Positions 38,343 through 48,080 of a DNA stretch of 64,000 bases are shown here, piece after piece. Source of the stretch: an uncultured Alphaproteobacteria bacterium (lineage in GTDB: Bacteria > Pseudomonadota > Alphaproteobacteria > Parvibaculales > Parvibaculaceae); contig CAISYL010000199.1 of the NCBI GenBank assembly GCA_903889655.1, positions 22,966 to 86,965 on the forward strand, given 5' to 3'. Both the position numbers and the translations under genes were made by a program. Under the pieces are notes generated by a model that searched no databases, was not told the DNA's origin, and was given only the letters and a program-made list of their open reading frames with translations. Each line of letters starts with the position of its first letter. Position 1 is the stretch's first letter.

Positions 38343-39332
38343 TCAGCGTTCCTCGGGAAATCCCCGGCCTGCGGCGAGAGAGGCCGCCGTGCGCATGGCG
38401 CTCAGCATCATCGCCGGATCTGCGGTGCCCTTGCCGGCAATGTCATAGGCCGTTCCATGCGCGACCGTCACATGCAGGTAGGACGGCCCGAGGATGATGG
38501 CACAATTGCCGGAAAAGCCCCATGTCTTGACCGCGATGTGTCCCTGATCGTGATACATGGCGAGGACTATGTCGTAGCGGCCTTCGACGCATTGCCGGAA
38601 CACGGAGTCGGGACTTACGGGCCCTTCGGCATCGATGCCTTCCGCCCTCGCCCGCTCGACGCCGGGCGCGATGGCTTCGCGGTCTTCTTCTCCCATCGCG
38701 TGAGGGTTGAGGCCCGCGACGACAATCCGCGGGCGGGCGATCCCCCAGTTCCGCATCGCGCCGTCTATCTGGCGCAAGGCAAGCGCCACGAGATCGGGGC
38801 TGATGATTTCGCAAACCCGCCGGAGCGGAATATGGTCGGTCAGATGCGCGACGCGGAGCGGTCCCGTCAACAGGACAAGATAGCTTTCGCCCGGCGTCGG
38901 GCTGACGATGCCCGGCACCTTGCGGGCAAGTTTGAGGGAGCCGGAGCTGATGGGCCCCATGACGCCAGCCGCAATGGACCCGCCGGATGCGAGGGCGCTC
39001 ATTTCGTCGAGCCACAGCGCCGACGCCTCCCCGCCGCGCACCGTATCCTCCGCGAGCGGCAGTTCGGACGCTTTCAAGGCGCCTGAATCGATAATGTCGA
39101 CGATGGCGGGGTCATCGCTCAGGTCGTCGATCGACCGGACTATTCGCACGCTGCACGGCACGCGGGTGATTTCGATCGCGCGCTCCATTGCCGCCGCGCT
39201 GCCGATCAGGACGGGAATGGACAGTTCATGCACATGGCCGGTCGCGAGGGCGCGGGCAATCACCTCGGGGCCGACGCCCGCCGGATCTCCGATCATCGTG
39301 CCGATAACGGGCCGCGCCTGCTTGCTGTTCAT
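38343..39332 (-). CDS. PdxA-family NAD-dependent dehydrogenase (TphB-like decarboxylating cis-diol dehydrogenase candidate)
   Basis: GDPAGVGPEV, AGLNPHAMGEE, YHDQGHIA, HGTAYDIAGKGTA. Directly follows the oxygenase beta subunit. Confidence 0.85.
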   Translation of the reverse strand: MNSKQARPVIGTMIGDPAGVGPEVIARALATGHVHELSIPVLIGSAAAMERAIEITRVPCSVRIVRSIDDLSDDPAIVDIIDSGALKASELPLAEDTVRGGEASALWLDEMSALASGGSIAAGVMGPISSGSLKLARKVPGIVSPTPGESYLVLLTGPLRVAHLTDHIPLRRVCEIISPDLVALALRQIDGAMRNWGIARPRIVVAGLNPHAMGEEDREAIAPGVERARAEGIDAEGPVSPDSVFRQCVEGRYDIVLAMYHDQGHIAVKTWGFSGNCAIILGPSYLHVTVAHGTAYDIAGKGTADPAMMLSAMRTAASLAAGRGFPEER

Positions 39333-39344
39333 GTCCTGCCGTCC

Positions 39345-39839
39345 TCAGACGTTGTAGACATCGATCATCGTGTCGGCGAGGTCGTTCAGAACGACGGTCT
39401 TCTTCCGGGCGATAAGCCAGGTATCGCCGTGCTCCGCCAGATCGTAGTCCGCCCATCCGTAGTAGGCGAGGGTCCGATCCTCGCGCACCGACTGAACCGT
39501 CCAGGAGGTCCGCGCATGGACACCGCCTTCCCGCTCATCGACGGATAGCAGCGTAAACATGTGGCAGGTCCGCATGAGCGGCATCGTCGCGGACGACCGC
39601 CGCGACCGGATTCGGTAGATGCGATCCTCCAGACCGGCTCGGCTTGGATAGTAGATCAGCGAGATTTCGCTTTGCGGATCGACCGTAAGTTCTCCGTCAT
39701 CGTCCCATGCCGGCAACCAGTATTCGGCGTCCTCGCGATAAAGCGCCAGCCATTCATCCCATTTCCGCTCATCGAGGCAAAGCGCTTCCCTGCCAAGAAA
39801 TCGCTGCACCGAAATCCAGCACCGCTCGCCGCTCGTCAT
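39345..39839 (-). CDS. Aromatic ring-hydroxylating dioxygenase beta (small) subunit
   Basis: 164 aa. LCLDERKWDEWLALYREDAEYWLP ... SnoaL-like beta-subunit pattern. ATGA start/stop overlap with the alpha gene. Confidence 0.85.
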   Translation of the reverse strand: MTSGERCWISVQRFLGREALCLDERKWDEWLALYREDAEYWLPAWDDDGELTVDPQSEISLIYYPSRAGLEDRIYRIRSRRSSATMPLMRTCHMFTLLSVDEREGGVHARTSWTVQSVREDRTLAYYGWADYDLAEHGDTWLIARKKTVVLNDLADTMIDVYNV

Positions 39840-41248
39840 TCGGCGGCCTCCGAACGATCGCTTTCGCGCGTGAGGAAGGCTTCCACCCGCTCCTGTGCGA
39901 TTGCGCGTTTCATTCGCTCGATCCATTCCTTGTGCATGGTCACGAAAAGTCCTTCATCGGCGACATTGACGCTGCTCATGGTCGCATCAACGTTGAGCCC
40001 CTTGCCAAACTTTCCCGGCCCTTGAACGCCTCTCGTCGCTCCGCGCGACAAGTCGTTATAGCGGCCGCCGTCGCGGCCATATGCGATCTGGCAATTGTTG
40101 AACTCCGTCAAATCGTCGGGCGTGGCCATGCCGCTGGCGTTGAAAAAATCTTCATACTGACGAATGCGCATTGCGCGCGCCCGCGCGCTTTCACCGACCG
40201 GCGCGATGCAATATGTCGTGATTTCCGTTTCATCGACCGAGATCGGACGCACGATGCGGACTTGCGTGCTGACCTGATCCATCAAGAATACATTCGGGAA
40301 AAGAAGAAGATTTCGCGTGGCTTCGGTCATCCACCGGGTGCGCTCCTCGCCGAATTTGCGCTTGTACTGATCGACAAATTCAAAATTAGGCCGGGAGGCG
40401 GAACTGGCCGAAGCGTTCCAGATCAAGGCGTGCCCGTGATCGAATGAGAAAAAACCGCCCTGATCCGTCTTCATCCACGCGGATACGTTCGCGCTCTTCG
40501 TAGTGTTCGCTGAACCGCCTGTCATCCGGGTTGCGACGGTCAACAAGTAGTTGGAATGCACGGTCGGCACATGATACCCATCGAGACCGTTCTCGGTCTG
40601 CATCTTCCAGTTGCCGCGATAGGTATACCGCCCGACCCCTCGCACAATTTCGAGCTTCCCTTCCGGCGACTGGTCCACCATGAGGTCGATGAAGGTCTTC
40701 GCGCCCGCAAGATAGTCGTCCAGCGGGGGCACGTCCGCCGAAAGGCTGGCGAAAACGAAACCCTTGTAGGATTCCAGGCGTCCGACTTCGCGGAGGCCCA
40801 GATCGCTCCGATCGAAATGTTCCGGATACGCCCCATTTTCCTCGTCGGTGACATTCAGCAGCGCGCCATCGTTGCTGAATGTCCAGCCGTGAAACGGGCA
40901 TGTGAACGTCGTTCGTCTGCCCCGTTTTTCCCGGCATAGCCGCGCGCCTCGATGCGTGCATGCATTTATAAAGCATTTCAATTCGCCCGATCGGTTCCGG
41001 GTCAGAAGCACGGGTTGACGACCGATCGTCAGGCTTAGAAAAGCGCTTTCGTTGGCGAGCTGGCTTTCATGGGCGAGAAACACCCAGTTGCGCTCGAAGA
41101 TGTGTTTCATCTCGAGCTCGAACAATTCAGGATCGGTGAATATGGCGCGGTCGAGCATGAAGCGCCCGGTCGACGTGTCCTCGACAAGCCACGAATCGAG
41201 GCCGTGGCGAATACGATTGAATGAGTTGCTCACACCGGACGTACTCAT
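39836..41248 (-). CDS. Rieske aromatic ring-hydroxylating dioxygenase alpha subunit (benzoate/toluate/cumate BenA-like)
   Basis: CTHRGARL-(17 aa total between H and C)-CPFHGW. 470 aa. GAGGGAGGAAG SD. Confidence 0.9.
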   Translation of the reverse strand: MSTSGVSNSFNRIRHGLDSWLVEDTSTGRFMLDRAIFTDPELFELEMKHIFERNWVFLAHESQLANESAFLSLTIGRQPVLLTRNRSGELKCFINACTHRGARLCREKRGRRTTFTCPFHGWTFSNDGALLNVTDEENGAYPEHFDRSDLGLREVGRLESYKGFVFASLSADVPPLDDYLAGAKTFIDLMVDQSPEGKLEIVRGVGRYTYRGNWKMQTENGLDGYHVPTVHSNYLLTVATRMTGGSANTTKSANVSAWMKTDQGGFFSFDHGHALIWNASASSASRPNFEFVDQYKRKFGEERTRWMTEATRNLLLFPNVFLMDQVSTQVRIVRPISVDETEITTYCIAPVGESARARAMRIRQYEDFFNASGMATPDDLTEFNNCQIAYGRDGGRYNDLSRGATRGVQGPGKFGKGLNVDATMSSVNVADEGLFVTMHKEWIERMKRAIAQERVEAFLTRESDRSEAAE

Positions 41249-41311
41249 AGCGCTTCCTCCCTCGCCGTTTGGCCGGTCATGAGACCGGCACGCGATTGTC
41301 TCTCCGCTCCG

Positions 41312-42193
41312 TCAGGCCACCGGCACATGGCCCCAGGTGCTGATCTTTTCGTGCGACACCACGCTCCAATCTTCGTCATCGACCGTGCGGGCGCCGGTGC
41401 CGAACTCGACTTCGAACCCGGAAGGCGTTGCTGCGTAAAACGATACCATGTGATCGTTGGTGTGCCGGCCTAGCGTGTTGCGCAAAGGAACACCGTAGCG
41501 CGTCACCCGATCGAGGGCGAACCCCACATCGTCGAGCGACGCGACCTGAAGCATGAAGTGGTGGAGCTTCTTGCCACCCGAACCCATCGTGGGGCCCAGC
41601 GCAACAGTATGGTGACGCCGGTTGCAATGATAGAATTCGAGGCTGATGGTCTGTTCGCCCGAAATGGGAATGTCGATCGTGTCGGACAGCTTGAAGCCCA
41701 GAATGCCGGAATAGAAGCCACGCATCCGGGGCAAATCCGGCGTCATCAGAACGATATGACCGAGCCCCTGATCGCCGGTGACGAATCCCGAGGCGACACA
41801 GCCCGAATGGAAGGGCGTGTCAAACTTTTCCAGCGGACCGTAGAAGATTTCAACCCGCAGCCCATCGGGGTCCCGACAAACCACCAGATCCTTGACGCCG
41901 CGCTGCTTGCACAAATCGGCCGTCGCCTCTTCAATGGCGACACCGCCTTCTTGCAGCTTGTCGCGGATCGCCGCCAACGCGGCCGCATTCGCCACTTCGA
42001 ATCCGGCATAGGCAATGTCGTCCGCATCGCCGCGGTGAACCGCGATGCGCCAGGCCCGGTCGTCGTTGCGGAATTTAATCGTGTCGGCGTCTTCGGACGC
42101 AACCCCGAGACCGAGGAAATCCGCGCCGAAACTCTTCCAGCGCGAAAGGTCGCTGACACTCAATCCAAGATAGCCAAAAGACGAAACCTGCAT
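41312..42193 (-). CDS. Type I extradiol dioxygenase (2,3-dihydroxybiphenyl 1,2-dioxygenase BphC-like)
   Basis: 293 aa. GYLGLSVSDL, LGRHTNDHMVSFYAATPSGFEVEFG signature. GAGGAGA SD. Confidence 0.85.
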   Translation of the reverse strand: MQVSSFGYLGLSVSDLSRWKSFGADFLGLGVASEDADTIKFRNDDRAWRIAVHRGDADDIAYAGFEVANAAALAAIRDKLQEGGVAIEEATADLCKQRGVKDLVVCRDPDGLRVEIFYGPLEKFDTPFHSGCVASGFVTGDQGLGHIVLMTPDLPRMRGFYSGILGFKLSDTIDIPISGEQTISLEFYHCNRRHHTVALGPTMGSGGKKLHHFMLQVASLDDVGFALDRVTRYGVPLRNTLGRHTNDHMVSFYAATPSGFEVEFGTGARTVDDEDWSVVSHEKISTWGHVPVA

Positions 42194-42205
42194 CGGACGA
42201 TCTCC

Positions 42206-43033
42206 TCAGATATATTTTTCGACCAGAGCATGACCAGCAGCAGCGGCCCCGATCCCACGTATGCCAATGCCGCAATCGGCCATGAGAATCCCGCCCGTCG
42301 AGGGAGTCGAATCCGAGCGTGACGCGAAATGGACATAGGAGCCCGCATATTCTTCCGGCGTCGGCACAATTCCTGTCGCCATCATCGCAGCGGCGTTCGT
42401 CGGCAGGTCAAGTTGGTCGATCGTCATGGTATCAAGCCCCAGGCTCCGTGGGCCCCTGAGTTTGGTGTGAATGGGGCCCGGCGCGACGCCGTTGACCCGA
42501 ACCGCCGGTGCGAGCTCGAAAGCGAGCTGATGGATCAATCCGACGACGGCATGTTTCGATGCTGTGTAAAGCGGCCCGCCGCCGCCCGGATAAAACCCTG
42601 CATTGGATACCGTGAAAATCAGCGAACCCCTCGATCGGACGAGGGACGGAAGCGCCGTCTTCGCCAGATTTAGATAACCCTTGACGTTGACGCCGAAGAG
42701 TTCGTCGAAGGCGCCGCTCAAGCTTTCGGCCGGCATGTCGTCGAGCGGCGTCGAATAGTCCCACAACCCCGCATTGCCGATGGCGCAGTCGATCTTGCCG
42801 AAACGCGCAAGCGCCTGCCCGGTAGCCCTCTGCATGTCCTCGATGTTCCGCACGTCGCCCGAAACGCATTCGAGCATGTCGCGGCGGCCGTTCTGCATGT
42901 CCGCGAACTTGTCTTTCGAATTGTCCACAACGGTGACCGACGCGCCTTCGGAAATGAACCGCTCGACGATCGCGCGCCCTAGGCCGGTTGCGCCGCCGCT
43001 GATGAGAACGCTTTCGCCAGCGAGCCTCTTCAT
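42206..43033 (-). CDS. bphB: SDR cis-2,3-dihydrodiol dehydrogenase (BphB-like)
   Basis: VLISGGATGLGRA, GKIDCAIGNAGLWDYSTPL, FTVSNAGFYPGGGGPLYTASKHAVVGL, VRVNGVAPG. BphB-like over the full length. Confidence 0.9.
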   Translation of the reverse strand: MKRLAGESVLISGGATGLGRAIVERFISEGASVTVVDNSKDKFADMQNGRRDMLECVSGDVRNIEDMQRATGQALARFGKIDCAIGNAGLWDYSTPLDDMPAESLSGAFDELFGVNVKGYLNLAKTALPSLVRSRGSLIFTVSNAGFYPGGGGPLYTASKHAVVGLIHQLAFELAPAVRVNGVAPGPIHTKLRGPRSLGLDTMTIDQLDLPTNAAAMMATGIVPTPEEYAGSYVHFASRSDSTPSTGGILMADCGIGIRGIGAAAAGHALVEKYI

Positions 43034-43087
43034 CGAAAACTCCGGCGCGATGTTGACCTGCGATCGCTCATGATTTTTCGCGCTCCG

Positions 43088-43657
43088 CTAAAAAATGTTG
43101 CTGAGGTTGGGCGAAAGCAGCACGGTCTGCTCCAGATAGATATGCCGCTTCGCCAATCGGAATTGCGAGCTGACCCTCCGCAAGACATCCCGCCTGCGTC
43201 CTCTCCAGCCGTCTTCCTCCGATTCGAGCCGTGTTCGGTAGAGATGGAAGTTGGCTTCGACGGTGACGTCGTCCCCGTGCATCGCGATCGGCCGCACATT
43301 GGTGACGAAATGCCGGGTGCGGGACGGCGGGTCTTCCGACCACGCATAACCTACCGCCATTTTCCGCACCCGCGCGGTCAGCAGTTCCTTGTCATCGTCG
43401 AAGAACGCCATCTGGCCGATTTCGGTAAATTCGTTTTCGGTATCCTTGGCCGTCGTCGTGCGGCGGATCGGCATCCAGTAATGAATGTCGTCGGTCAGAA
43501 AATCCAGCCACTCGGAGAACCGGCGCTCGTCCAGAAGCGCCGCCTCCTCGTAGAGGAACTGCTCGACCTCGTATTGCAACCGCATCTTCGCGTCGATGCT
43601 TTCGGGCAACCCGTCGGGATTGCGAGTTCCGGCGTTGCTTTCGCTTGCGATCCGCAT
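43088..43657 (-). CDS. Aromatic ring-hydroxylating dioxygenase beta subunit (BphA2/BphE-like)
   Basis: 189 aa. FLYEEAALLDERRFSEWLDFLTDDIHYWMP. The ATG at 43657 overlaps the alpha stop (TGATG). Confidence 0.85.
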   Translation of the reverse strand: MRIASESNAGTRNPDGLPESIDAKMRLQYEVEQFLYEEAALLDERRFSEWLDFLTDDIHYWMPIRRTTTAKDTENEFTEIGQMAFFDDDKELLTARVRKMAVGYAWSEDPPSRTRHFVTNVRPIAMHGDDVTVEANFHLYRTRLESEEDGWRGRRRDVLRRVSSQFRLAKRHIYLEQTVLLSPNLSNIF

Positions 43658-45036
43658 CAGATCCTCCCGCGCGGTTCGGCCGCATGATTGGCGATCAGAG
43701 CCGGCCAGTCTTCCGCTTCCATCCACTCCGCCCAGGAGCGGTAGAGCCAAAGCTGGGCGTGCTCGTTGATGACCGTCTCGACGCGAGACTGACCGGAGGG
43801 ATCCACTTCCACCATGTCCTGCCCCTTGCCCATCGCGAAGTTCAGCGGGCGGCGGCGGCTCGTCATCGTTTCGCGGCAGGTGCGTGTGCTGTGATTCCAG
43901 TTTTCTCCATCGTCCTGCTCCAGCAGACCCGCGGGGCCGAAGAAATGCGTGGCCATGCGGACCACTTTGCGCTTTTGCTCCTCCGGCGCATTCTTGTCGA
44001 CGAAAGTGAACCACCAAAGCTCTGTGACCGCCGGGCCGCGGGGCACGCGAAGGCAAAGCTGCGTTCCGCCGGTCGATACCCAAAGGTTCGGAAAAATATT
44101 CGGGTGACCGCGGGATTTTATCCCTACCGGACCAAGCGTCTCGGCGGCGCTTTCCGTGAAGCGCCACGACTGCCCGGGCAAGGAGTCGAACACGGCCTTT
44201 CGTTCACTGTCAGAGAGAGCGGCGAGCGCCTCTTCTTCCGCCATCGTAATCTTCGGACCGCTCACCGCGTGTCCGTATTCGCCGAGCATCACCATCTGAT
44301 CGGCTGGATAAAGAAGTTTTTCGTCGAAGAAGCCCGAACGGATCGCCGAGGCATGACTGATCTTGGGATGATACCAGTCGAACAGGTTGTCGACGGCGAG
44401 CTTCCAGTTGCAACGAATGCGGTTCTTCTGAACCCCCGGCACGGCCACCAGCTCGCGATCGGTGCCCATGAGGTCGAGACCGAGCTTGCCGACCCAGCCA
44501 AGATAATCGTCGAGATCGGGTGACTGCGGATCGAACGTCGCGAAAACAAAGCCCTTGTAGCTTTGGACTTTTGCCGCCTTCGATATACCCCAATCCTCGC
44601 GCTTGAGGCCGCCGCGATAGAACTCGTCAAGACCCGGCACGCCGATCAGATCGCCGTTCAGGTCAAAATTCCACCCGTGATAGGCGCACATGAACGAGCG
44701 TGTCTTGCCCTGTTCGGCGCGGCAGACTGTGTTTCCGCGATGCGGGCAGGTGTTTATCAGCACCTGGATAACGCCTTCCCGGTCGCGAACGGCGATCACC
44801 TGATCCTCGCCGATGTAGTTCATGAAGAAGCTGCCGACTTCCGGCAACTGGGACTCATGACACATGAAATTCCAAGCGCGCCCGAAGATACGCTTCAGCT
44901 CATCCTTGTAGATTGCCTCATCGGTGAAAATCTTGCGATCGACCAGACCGTGCTCGACGTCGATGAAATCAGACGGCAATCGGGCTTTTTCGGCTGCCCG
45001 CAACCCGGTTTCCTCGCGCCATTTCTCGTTCCTCAT
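43657..45036 (-). CDS. Rieske aromatic ring-hydroxylating dioxygenase alpha subunit (biphenyl/toluene BphA1-like)
   Basis: CPHRGNTV-(17 aa total between H and C)-CAYHGW, EQDDGENW. 459 aa from the ATG at 45036 (GGGGAGGGAG SD). Confidence 0.9.
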   Translation of the reverse strand: MRNEKWREETGLRAAEKARLPSDFIDVEHGLVDRKIFTDEAIYKDELKRIFGRAWNFMCHESQLPEVGSFFMNYIGEDQVIAVRDREGVIQVLINTCPHRGNTVCRAEQGKTRSFMCAYHGWNFDLNGDLIGVPGLDEFYRGGLKREDWGISKAAKVQSYKGFVFATFDPQSPDLDDYLGWVGKLGLDLMGTDRELVAVPGVQKNRIRCNWKLAVDNLFDWYHPKISHASAIRSGFFDEKLLYPADQMVMLGEYGHAVSGPKITMAEEEALAALSDSERKAVFDSLPGQSWRFTESAAETLGPVGIKSRGHPNIFPNLWVSTGGTQLCLRVPRGPAVTELWWFTFVDKNAPEEQKRKVVRMATHFFGPAGLLEQDDGENWNHSTRTCRETMTSRRRPLNFAMGKGQDMVEVDPSGQSRVETVINEHAQLWLYRSWAEWMEAEDWPALIANHAAEPRGRI

Positions 45037-45111
45037 CGAACTCCCTCCCCGCTTCAGCGACAAACCTGCCTCGATCTTCAATGAGTTCAGAGGCCATCGC
45101 GTCGCAATGCG

Positions 45112-45864
45112 TCACATGGTCGTGTAGCCTCCATCGACGACAACCTCGGAGCCGGTCATGTAGGACGACTCGTCGGATGCCAAAAACAGGACCGCATAGG
45201 AAACCTCGACGGGTTCAGCCGGCCGACCAATAAGCGTGGCGCTCAAGACCTGTTTGGCGACATCCGCATCGCCGAGAAGATCCTTTGTCATATTCGTGCG
45301 AATGATTCCTGGGTGCACGGAATTCACGCGAATCTTGAAAGGTGCATAATCCACAGCCGTCGATTTCGTCAGCAAGCGAACGGCGCCCTTCGATGCCTGA
45401 TACGCCGCCGTGGCGGGCGCACCGATCAGTCCGTAGATCGAGGAAATATTGACGATCGAGCCGCCACCAGCCGCCTTCATCGCGGGCAATATATATTTTG
45501 TGCCATAGAATACGCTTTTTACATTGACGTCGAGAACGCGTGCGAAGTCTTCATTCGAGGTGTCCTGCACAGCAGAAAAAACGAGAATGCCGGCATTGTT
45601 CACAAGGATGTCGACGCGTCCGAAAGTGGACATCGCCTGCTGTGAAATCCGCTCCCAATCCGACACGCTCGACACATCGTGCCTGAAGAATCGCGCCTGC
45701 CCGCCGTGATCGTTGATCTCCTCGACCACGGCGTTGCCGCCCTTCTCGTCCATGTCGGTTACGATCAGCGTCGCGCCTTCGCGCGCAAGCAGCAAGGCGT
45801 GGGAACGCCCCATGCCATTGGCGCCGCCCGTCACAAAGGCGATTTTCCCGTCTACCCGTCCCAT
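45112..45864 (-). CDS. SDR-family alcohol/hydroxysteroid-type dehydrogenase
   Basis: AFVTGGANGMGRS, LVNNAGI, SSIYGLIGAPATAAYQASKGA. Start at 45864 (GGGAGGA SD). Confidence 0.85.
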   Translation of the reverse strand: MGRVDGKIAFVTGGANGMGRSHALLLAREGATLIVTDMDEKGGNAVVEEINDHGGQARFFRHDVSSVSDWERISQQAMSTFGRVDILVNNAGILVFSAVQDTSNEDFARVLDVNVKSVFYGTKYILPAMKAAGGGSIVNISSIYGLIGAPATAAYQASKGAVRLLTKSTAVDYAPFKIRVNSVHPGIIRTNMTKDLLGDADVAKQVLSATLIGRPAEPVEVSYAVLFLASDESSYMTGSEVVVDGGYTTM

Positions 45865-45923
45865 GTAGTCCTCCCGTTGCGTGTGCCGCGCGCCGTCTCC
45901 GGCGCCGTCACTCAAATCGTCGT

Positions 45924-47534
45924 CTAGGCAATCCCAAGCGAGCGTTTCGCGAAATCGGTGACGCCCTTGTAGTCGGCCTTGCCGTTCGGCGCGCGAAGAG
46001 GCACGACGCTCACCATAATGCGCTTGGGAGTTTTGTAGCCGGCAAGGTGCGAGCGGACGTGCTTGCGCAAATCCTCTTCGTCAAACTTCGCGCCGGTCGC
46101 CAGCATGACGATGCCGGTGACCGCCTGACCCCATTTCTGATCGGGCACGCCGACGACAAGCGCATCCTCGACGGCGGGATGCGTCTTCAGAACTTCCTCG
46201 ATCTCCTCCGGGTAGACCTTCTCGCCCGCCGTGTTGATGCAGACGCTGCCGCGTCCCAGCAATGTCAGGCTGCCGTCCTTTTCCACAACGCACCAATCGC
46301 CGGGAATGGAATAGCGGGCCCCGGCGATGGTCTTGAAGGTCTTGGCGGTCTTTTCCGGATCCTTGTAGTAGCCAACGGGAATCGGGCCCCCCAGGGCGAT
46401 GATGCCCGGCTTGCCGCTGCCGGGTTCGACCGGCTGATCGTTTTCATCGAACACGCGGCACCGGCCGCCGATCTGGAACTTGGCGGTCTTGACCTCGCCG
46501 GCGCTCGTCATGATCGAACTGCCGAAACCGAGCCCCTCCGAGGCGCCGAAGGAATCCATCAGAATGACATTAGGTAAATGCCTGAGCAGGCCGCGCTTCA
46601 CTTCCGTGCTCCACATAACGCCGGAAGAAACGATCGAGACGACGCTGGCCAGGTTGTATTTGCCGGGCGCCTCGTCGAGCGCCGCCAGCATCGGCCGGGC
46701 GAAAGCATCGCCGACGATCGCCAGCGAATTGACACCATGACGCGAAACCGCGGACCAGAGTTCATGCGCATCGAGAGTGGGGCTCTCCAGCGTGACGATG
46801 CAGCCGCCACTCATCATATTACCGATAGCCGTGATGAAGCCGGTGCCGTGCATCAGCGGGCAGGCCGGCATCGACTTGGGGCCCGAACCGGAAATCTTGA
46901 TAAATTCGACCAGTTCGGGGAGCGTCTCCGGAATCGAACCCAATGCGCGAAGCGTGGTAAGCTGCGCCTCCCGCATGTCGTCGTGGCGCCACATCACGCC
47001 TTTGGGCATGCCCGTCGTGCCGCCCGTATAGATGAACAGCAGATCGTCCGGCGAACGCTCTATGTCAAGCGGCGCGCCATCTCCGCCAGTGACGACCTTT
47101 TCGTAATTTTCCGCGAAGGGGGCAGCGGATCCGTCTTCGTTCACCTCGATGAAAGTGGCGACTTTCGTCAGCCGGTCTTTCAGTTCGACGATGATGTCCC
47201 GGAACTCGGAACCGTACACGACCGTTTGCGCGTCGGAGTCATTGAAGATGTAAAAAACTTCGTCCGCCTTGTAGCGGTAGTTGATGTTGACATGGACAAG
47301 ACGGCTCTTGAAGCAGGCCGCCATGGTCTCGACATATTCGGGCCGGTTTCGCATATAGAACGCGACCTTGTCGCCGGGCCTGGCGCCGCGCGCGATCAGC
47401 GCGCGCCCGAGATTGTTGGACCTCCGTGTCGTTTCTCCCCATGTGATCACCCGATCGCCATGAATAAGGGCGGGCGCATCCGGCGGCAAAACCGGCGAAA
47501 TACTGTCGAGAATATCACCGAAATTCCACGTCAT
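45924..47534 (-). CDS. AMP-forming acyl-CoA synthetase
   Basis: YTGGTTGMPKGV, C-terminal PNGKADYK. 536 aa from the ATG at 47534 (AGGGAGGA SD). Confidence 0.85.
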   Translation of the reverse strand: MTWNFGDILDSISPVLPPDAPALIHGDRVITWGETTRRSNNLGRALIARGARPGDKVAFYMRNRPEYVETMAACFKSRLVHVNINYRYKADEVFYIFNDSDAQTVVYGSEFRDIIVELKDRLTKVATFIEVNEDGSAAPFAENYEKVVTGGDGAPLDIERSPDDLLFIYTGGTTGMPKGVMWRHDDMREAQLTTLRALGSIPETLPELVEFIKISGSGPKSMPACPLMHGTGFITAIGNMMSGGCIVTLESPTLDAHELWSAVSRHGVNSLAIVGDAFARPMLAALDEAPGKYNLASVVSIVSSGVMWSTEVKRGLLRHLPNVILMDSFGASEGLGFGSSIMTSAGEVKTAKFQIGGRCRVFDENDQPVEPGSGKPGIIALGGPIPVGYYKDPEKTAKTFKTIAGARYSIPGDWCVVEKDGSLTLLGRGSVCINTAGEKVYPEEIEEVLKTHPAVEDALVVGVPDQKWGQAVTGIVMLATGAKFDEEDLRKHVRSHLAGYKTPKRIMVSVVPLRAPNGKADYKGVTDFAKRSLGIA

Positions 47535-47687
47535 ATAATCCTCCCTGAAAAATCCGGTCCTCGCGGGTCGGCTTTCTTGCGATCGAGCCGTTCCGTCCTT
47601 AACCGTCCGTTGTCTCAACCGGCCCGTTGCCGAACGTTCCGGCAAGGGATCGAGCCCGCCGGAATGCCGGTCAACGAAAATTCCGCA

Positions 47688-48080
47688 TCATACGGACGTG
47701 AACACCGGCAGCGCGTATCCGTCGCCGGCCTCGGAGAATTTGACCCTGACTTTCTGTCCGATGCGAATCTTATCGATTTCGCAGTCGACGATATTCGTGA
47801 GCATCGTAACCCCTTCGTTGAGCGTAACATAAGCGATGACATAAGGTGGCTTGGCTTGCCGTGTGATTGAATAGCTGTAGATCGCGCCATTGCCCGATGC
47901 CTCGACAAACGCCGTGTCATCCGAGAAGCAATGCGGGCAAACGGTCCGCGGATAGTGGTGCGCCTTGCCGCAGGCGTTGCAAGTCCGGATCAGGAGTTGC
48001 CCCTTGGCAGCGCCTTCCCAGTAGGGCTTGCTCTCGGAATTGACTACAAGGTTGATCTTGCTTTTCTGGTCGGTGCTCAT
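47688..48080 (-). CDS. DUF35 OB-fold / zinc-ribbon protein (thiolase/aldolase partner)
   Basis: 130 aa. Zn ribbon CNACGKAHHYPRTVCPHC followed by an OB-fold. ATGA overlap with the upstream thiolase-like gene. Confidence 0.85.
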   Translation of the reverse strand: MSTDQKSKINLVVNSESKPYWEGAAKGQLLIRTCNACGKAHHYPRTVCPHCFSDDTAFVEASGNGAIYSYSITRQAKPPYVIAYVTLNEGVTMLTNIVDCEIDKIRIGQKVRVKFSEAGDGYALPVFTSV

